Source: Monocercomonoides exilis PA203 (lineage: Eukaryota; Protista; Preaxostyla). Taken from it: a stretch of DNA of 64,000 bases. The notes beneath the pieces are model-generated. The model saw only the letters and a list, made by a program, of their open reading frames with translations. It was not told where the DNA came from and did not search any database. The position numbers were made by a program, and so were the translations under genes. The stretch spans positions 1 through 64,000 of the forward strand of contig LSRY02000030.1 of assembly GCA_001643675.2 (NCBI GenBank), written 5' to 3'. Positions 61,901-64,000 of this stretch are shown in pieces; within the stretch, counting starts at the first letter, position 1, and each line of letters starts with the position of its first letter.

Positions 61901-64000
61901 AACACACTCCCTGACCCTGCATGCCCAATCTTGCACCCCACAAAGCTCAGCGCAGACCCGGCTCCTTCTCCGCTGATCAAGCTCCCCCGGAACGTCTTGC
62001 ACTCTCCTCCATATTTCGCCCCATACGCTATCGTCAGCGACTCAAACTCCAGTATCTTCTCGTTCTTCATAAACACTCCGTTTTCATCTCCAACCTCAAG
62101 CGCCTCAGGGAAGTACAGCGTCGGCTCCTGCCCATCCCCTGCCTGCTCTCCCGCAAACTTCACCCCTTTCTCAAAGTTCCACGTCACTCCGCTTTCCACA
62201 TGCGCCCCATGCTCTATCGCCAACGTCTTCTTCACACCATCCACAAATCGCGACTCAAGCGTGAACTTCATCGATCGGCACGGATATCGGTCTGTCCCGC
62301 AATACTCTGCGTCTGTTCCATCCATTTCGCATATCGCCACTTTCTCTCCTTTCACAAACGCCGTGTAGAAATGCTTCAGATCAATGCTTCCTCCCCGCGC
62401 ATCCACTCCAACAATCGCATTCGCTTCCGCCCCACTCACAAGCTCTTTCGGAATCCTTTCTTGCACAACCATCTTCCGCAGATCATTGCACATCAAATAA
62501 ACATTCGTCCCCGTCTGCGCTTCGTTCCCTCCAAACGTCGTCGTCGCATCAATCGTCACAATCCCTTCCTGCATCCTTATGTGCACTCCTCCTCCTTCTC
62601 CTGCCTCCTTGCTGCACTTGCAGTTCTCAAACTTGCTGTTCTTCTCAATAGAAACTCTTGTTGCCGATTCAATCGTCACCGCCCCTCCTTTCGTCGATCC
62701 CGGCGACGAAATATCTTTGAACGTCGTTTGCATCGCACCAAACGCTCCATTTAGTGAATCCACATGCACTGCCACTCCGCTTCCGCAATGGCATCCCGTG
62801 ATCTTCGAAATCGTGCTTTCTCCCAGATACACTCCTCCTTCCGCACCGCTCTTCTCAATCAGCCAGTGCGCCCCTTCAAGCGTAAACCCGCTTATCGTCA
62901 CCTTCGTGCACTCAAGCGTTCCTTGAACATTCAACAGCGACACCTTGAACTTCTTTTCCCCTGAATACCCTTCCTCCGGCTTCAACTCACACTCCACAAT
63001 CCCCATCGTCCCTTTATCTGCAACTGACACAATCGCTGACTCAACATTCCCTTCCTTCTCCGACGAGTGCACCACCACAAACCTCTCCAAAAACATCCCT
63101 CCGCTCTTCACCTCAATCAACGCCTTCGCATCTTCTTTCTTCTCGTTCCTCGTTTCAATCCGCCCTTTCCCATTCTCCGGCCCTGACACTCTCACCAGCC
63201 CTTCCGCAACCGTGATCGTTTCTTTCTCGTTCGCAAACGTCCCACTCCCCACAACTCTCCCATACACCCACCTGTACCCTTCACTCGTGCTCTCATCAAC
63301 TGCTTTCTTCAGCGTCTTGCACTTCTGCGTCACCCTTCCGCAGTTCTCCAAATCCTCCCCACTCGCATCCTCCGCATACCGCACTCGGTAATCTTCCCCA
63401 ATAAACTCCTTCTGCGCTCCTTCCGCCTGCCCTTTGTAGTACACTCGCTCATCTGCATCGCTCGTCGTCATACTCTTCAAAAACGGCGAATCCTCCTTCC
63501 CAATGTCTGCTGCCCCCGCTTCCTCCAGATACACATCTATCCCGTGCCCGTCTCCTTGCTTAGCATTCTCCGAAAACACAACATGGAACTTCTTCCCAAA
63601 CACCGCACTCTTCGTCTTCAGATACATCCCTCCTCCATTCTTGCTCGTGCACTTCTTAATCTCCACATACTCCAGCCCAATAGAGTTCGCTGTAATCCCA
63701 TCACCCGTCATCTCAATGTGCATCGCCCCACCACTCTCGCTTGCTGTGCACGAATCAAACACCATCGCCGTCGTCGTTTCCGATCTCACACTCAACGCTG
63801 CACATTCTTTCCCGTAGATCGCTCCTCCTTTCCCGTTCGCCCCCGTCGCTTTGCACTCCACAAAGTCCGTCTGCTTCACTGTCACACTCCCAAATTCACA
63901 CCCAACTACTCCTCCTTTCCCATCCTTGTGGCTGTTCTCTATCTTCGCAAACTTGCACAGATCCAGCACCACACTGCTCGTCTTCACATTCTCTCCGTTT
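46928..64000 (-). CDS. Giant type I membrane beta-helix (Pmp/pectin-lyase-like) surface protein, >5600 aa, 5' end outside the window; apparent frameshifts
   Basis: ORFs 61093-63987, 59436-61058, 58919-59683, 53725-58968 and 46928-53737 join at single-copy indels. The protein has GGA(I/V) and CG-x4-(P/K)C-x-(T/S) repeats, a KPEPKPEPEP stalk, a TM helix and a poly-Lys stop-transfer segment. Confidence 0.85.
53201..64000. repeat. Intragenic tandem array, unit 4638 bp (1546 codons), at least 2.3 near-identical copies
   Basis: Identical ORF translations recur at 53373/58010/62579, 55436/60004 and 56650/61219. Homology begins abruptly at 53201. Confidence 0.95.

Noticed and set aside
53255-63817. 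Repeated plus-strand ORFs up to 317 aa
   Set aside because: They are antisense shadows of the G-rich repeat-unit coding strand and recur only because the unit is duplicated.

Overview
Eukaryotic, AT-rich genomic DNA read in the standard genetic code, with short GT-AG introns and very long poly-Ser/poly-Glu tracts. The style strongly suggests an oxymonad such as Monocercomonoides (inference only). The first 12.5 kb is a transposon cluster around a single tRNA-Lys(CTT) gene. Three DNA transposons are stacked end to end at TA dinucleotides, and the stack ends 10 bp upstream of the tRNA: two copies of a TA-flanked, cargo-carrying element (one with a decayed pogo/DDE_1 transposase remnant) and, between them, an ISL2EU/Harbinger-type (IS5-like) element with a disrupted, intron-containing transposase. 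A decayed Sola2-type transposase and two hairpin MITE-like elements follow. The 13-43.5 kb region holds host genes: a ~2680-aa Ser/Glu low-complexity protein, a ~1980-aa type I membrane beta-helix surface protein, a HAD-like hydrolase divergent from an RRM-RGG-RRM protein, a 1413-aa unknown protein and a catalytically degenerate USP-like protein. A pogo-type MITE also lies in this region. At 43.8-45.9 kb there is a near-perfect ~2.15-kb palindrome whose core is a mirrored copy of the cargo element's end. From 46.9 kb to the window edge runs a giant (>5600 aa) surface-protein gene built from near-identical 4638-bp (1546-aa) tandem units.
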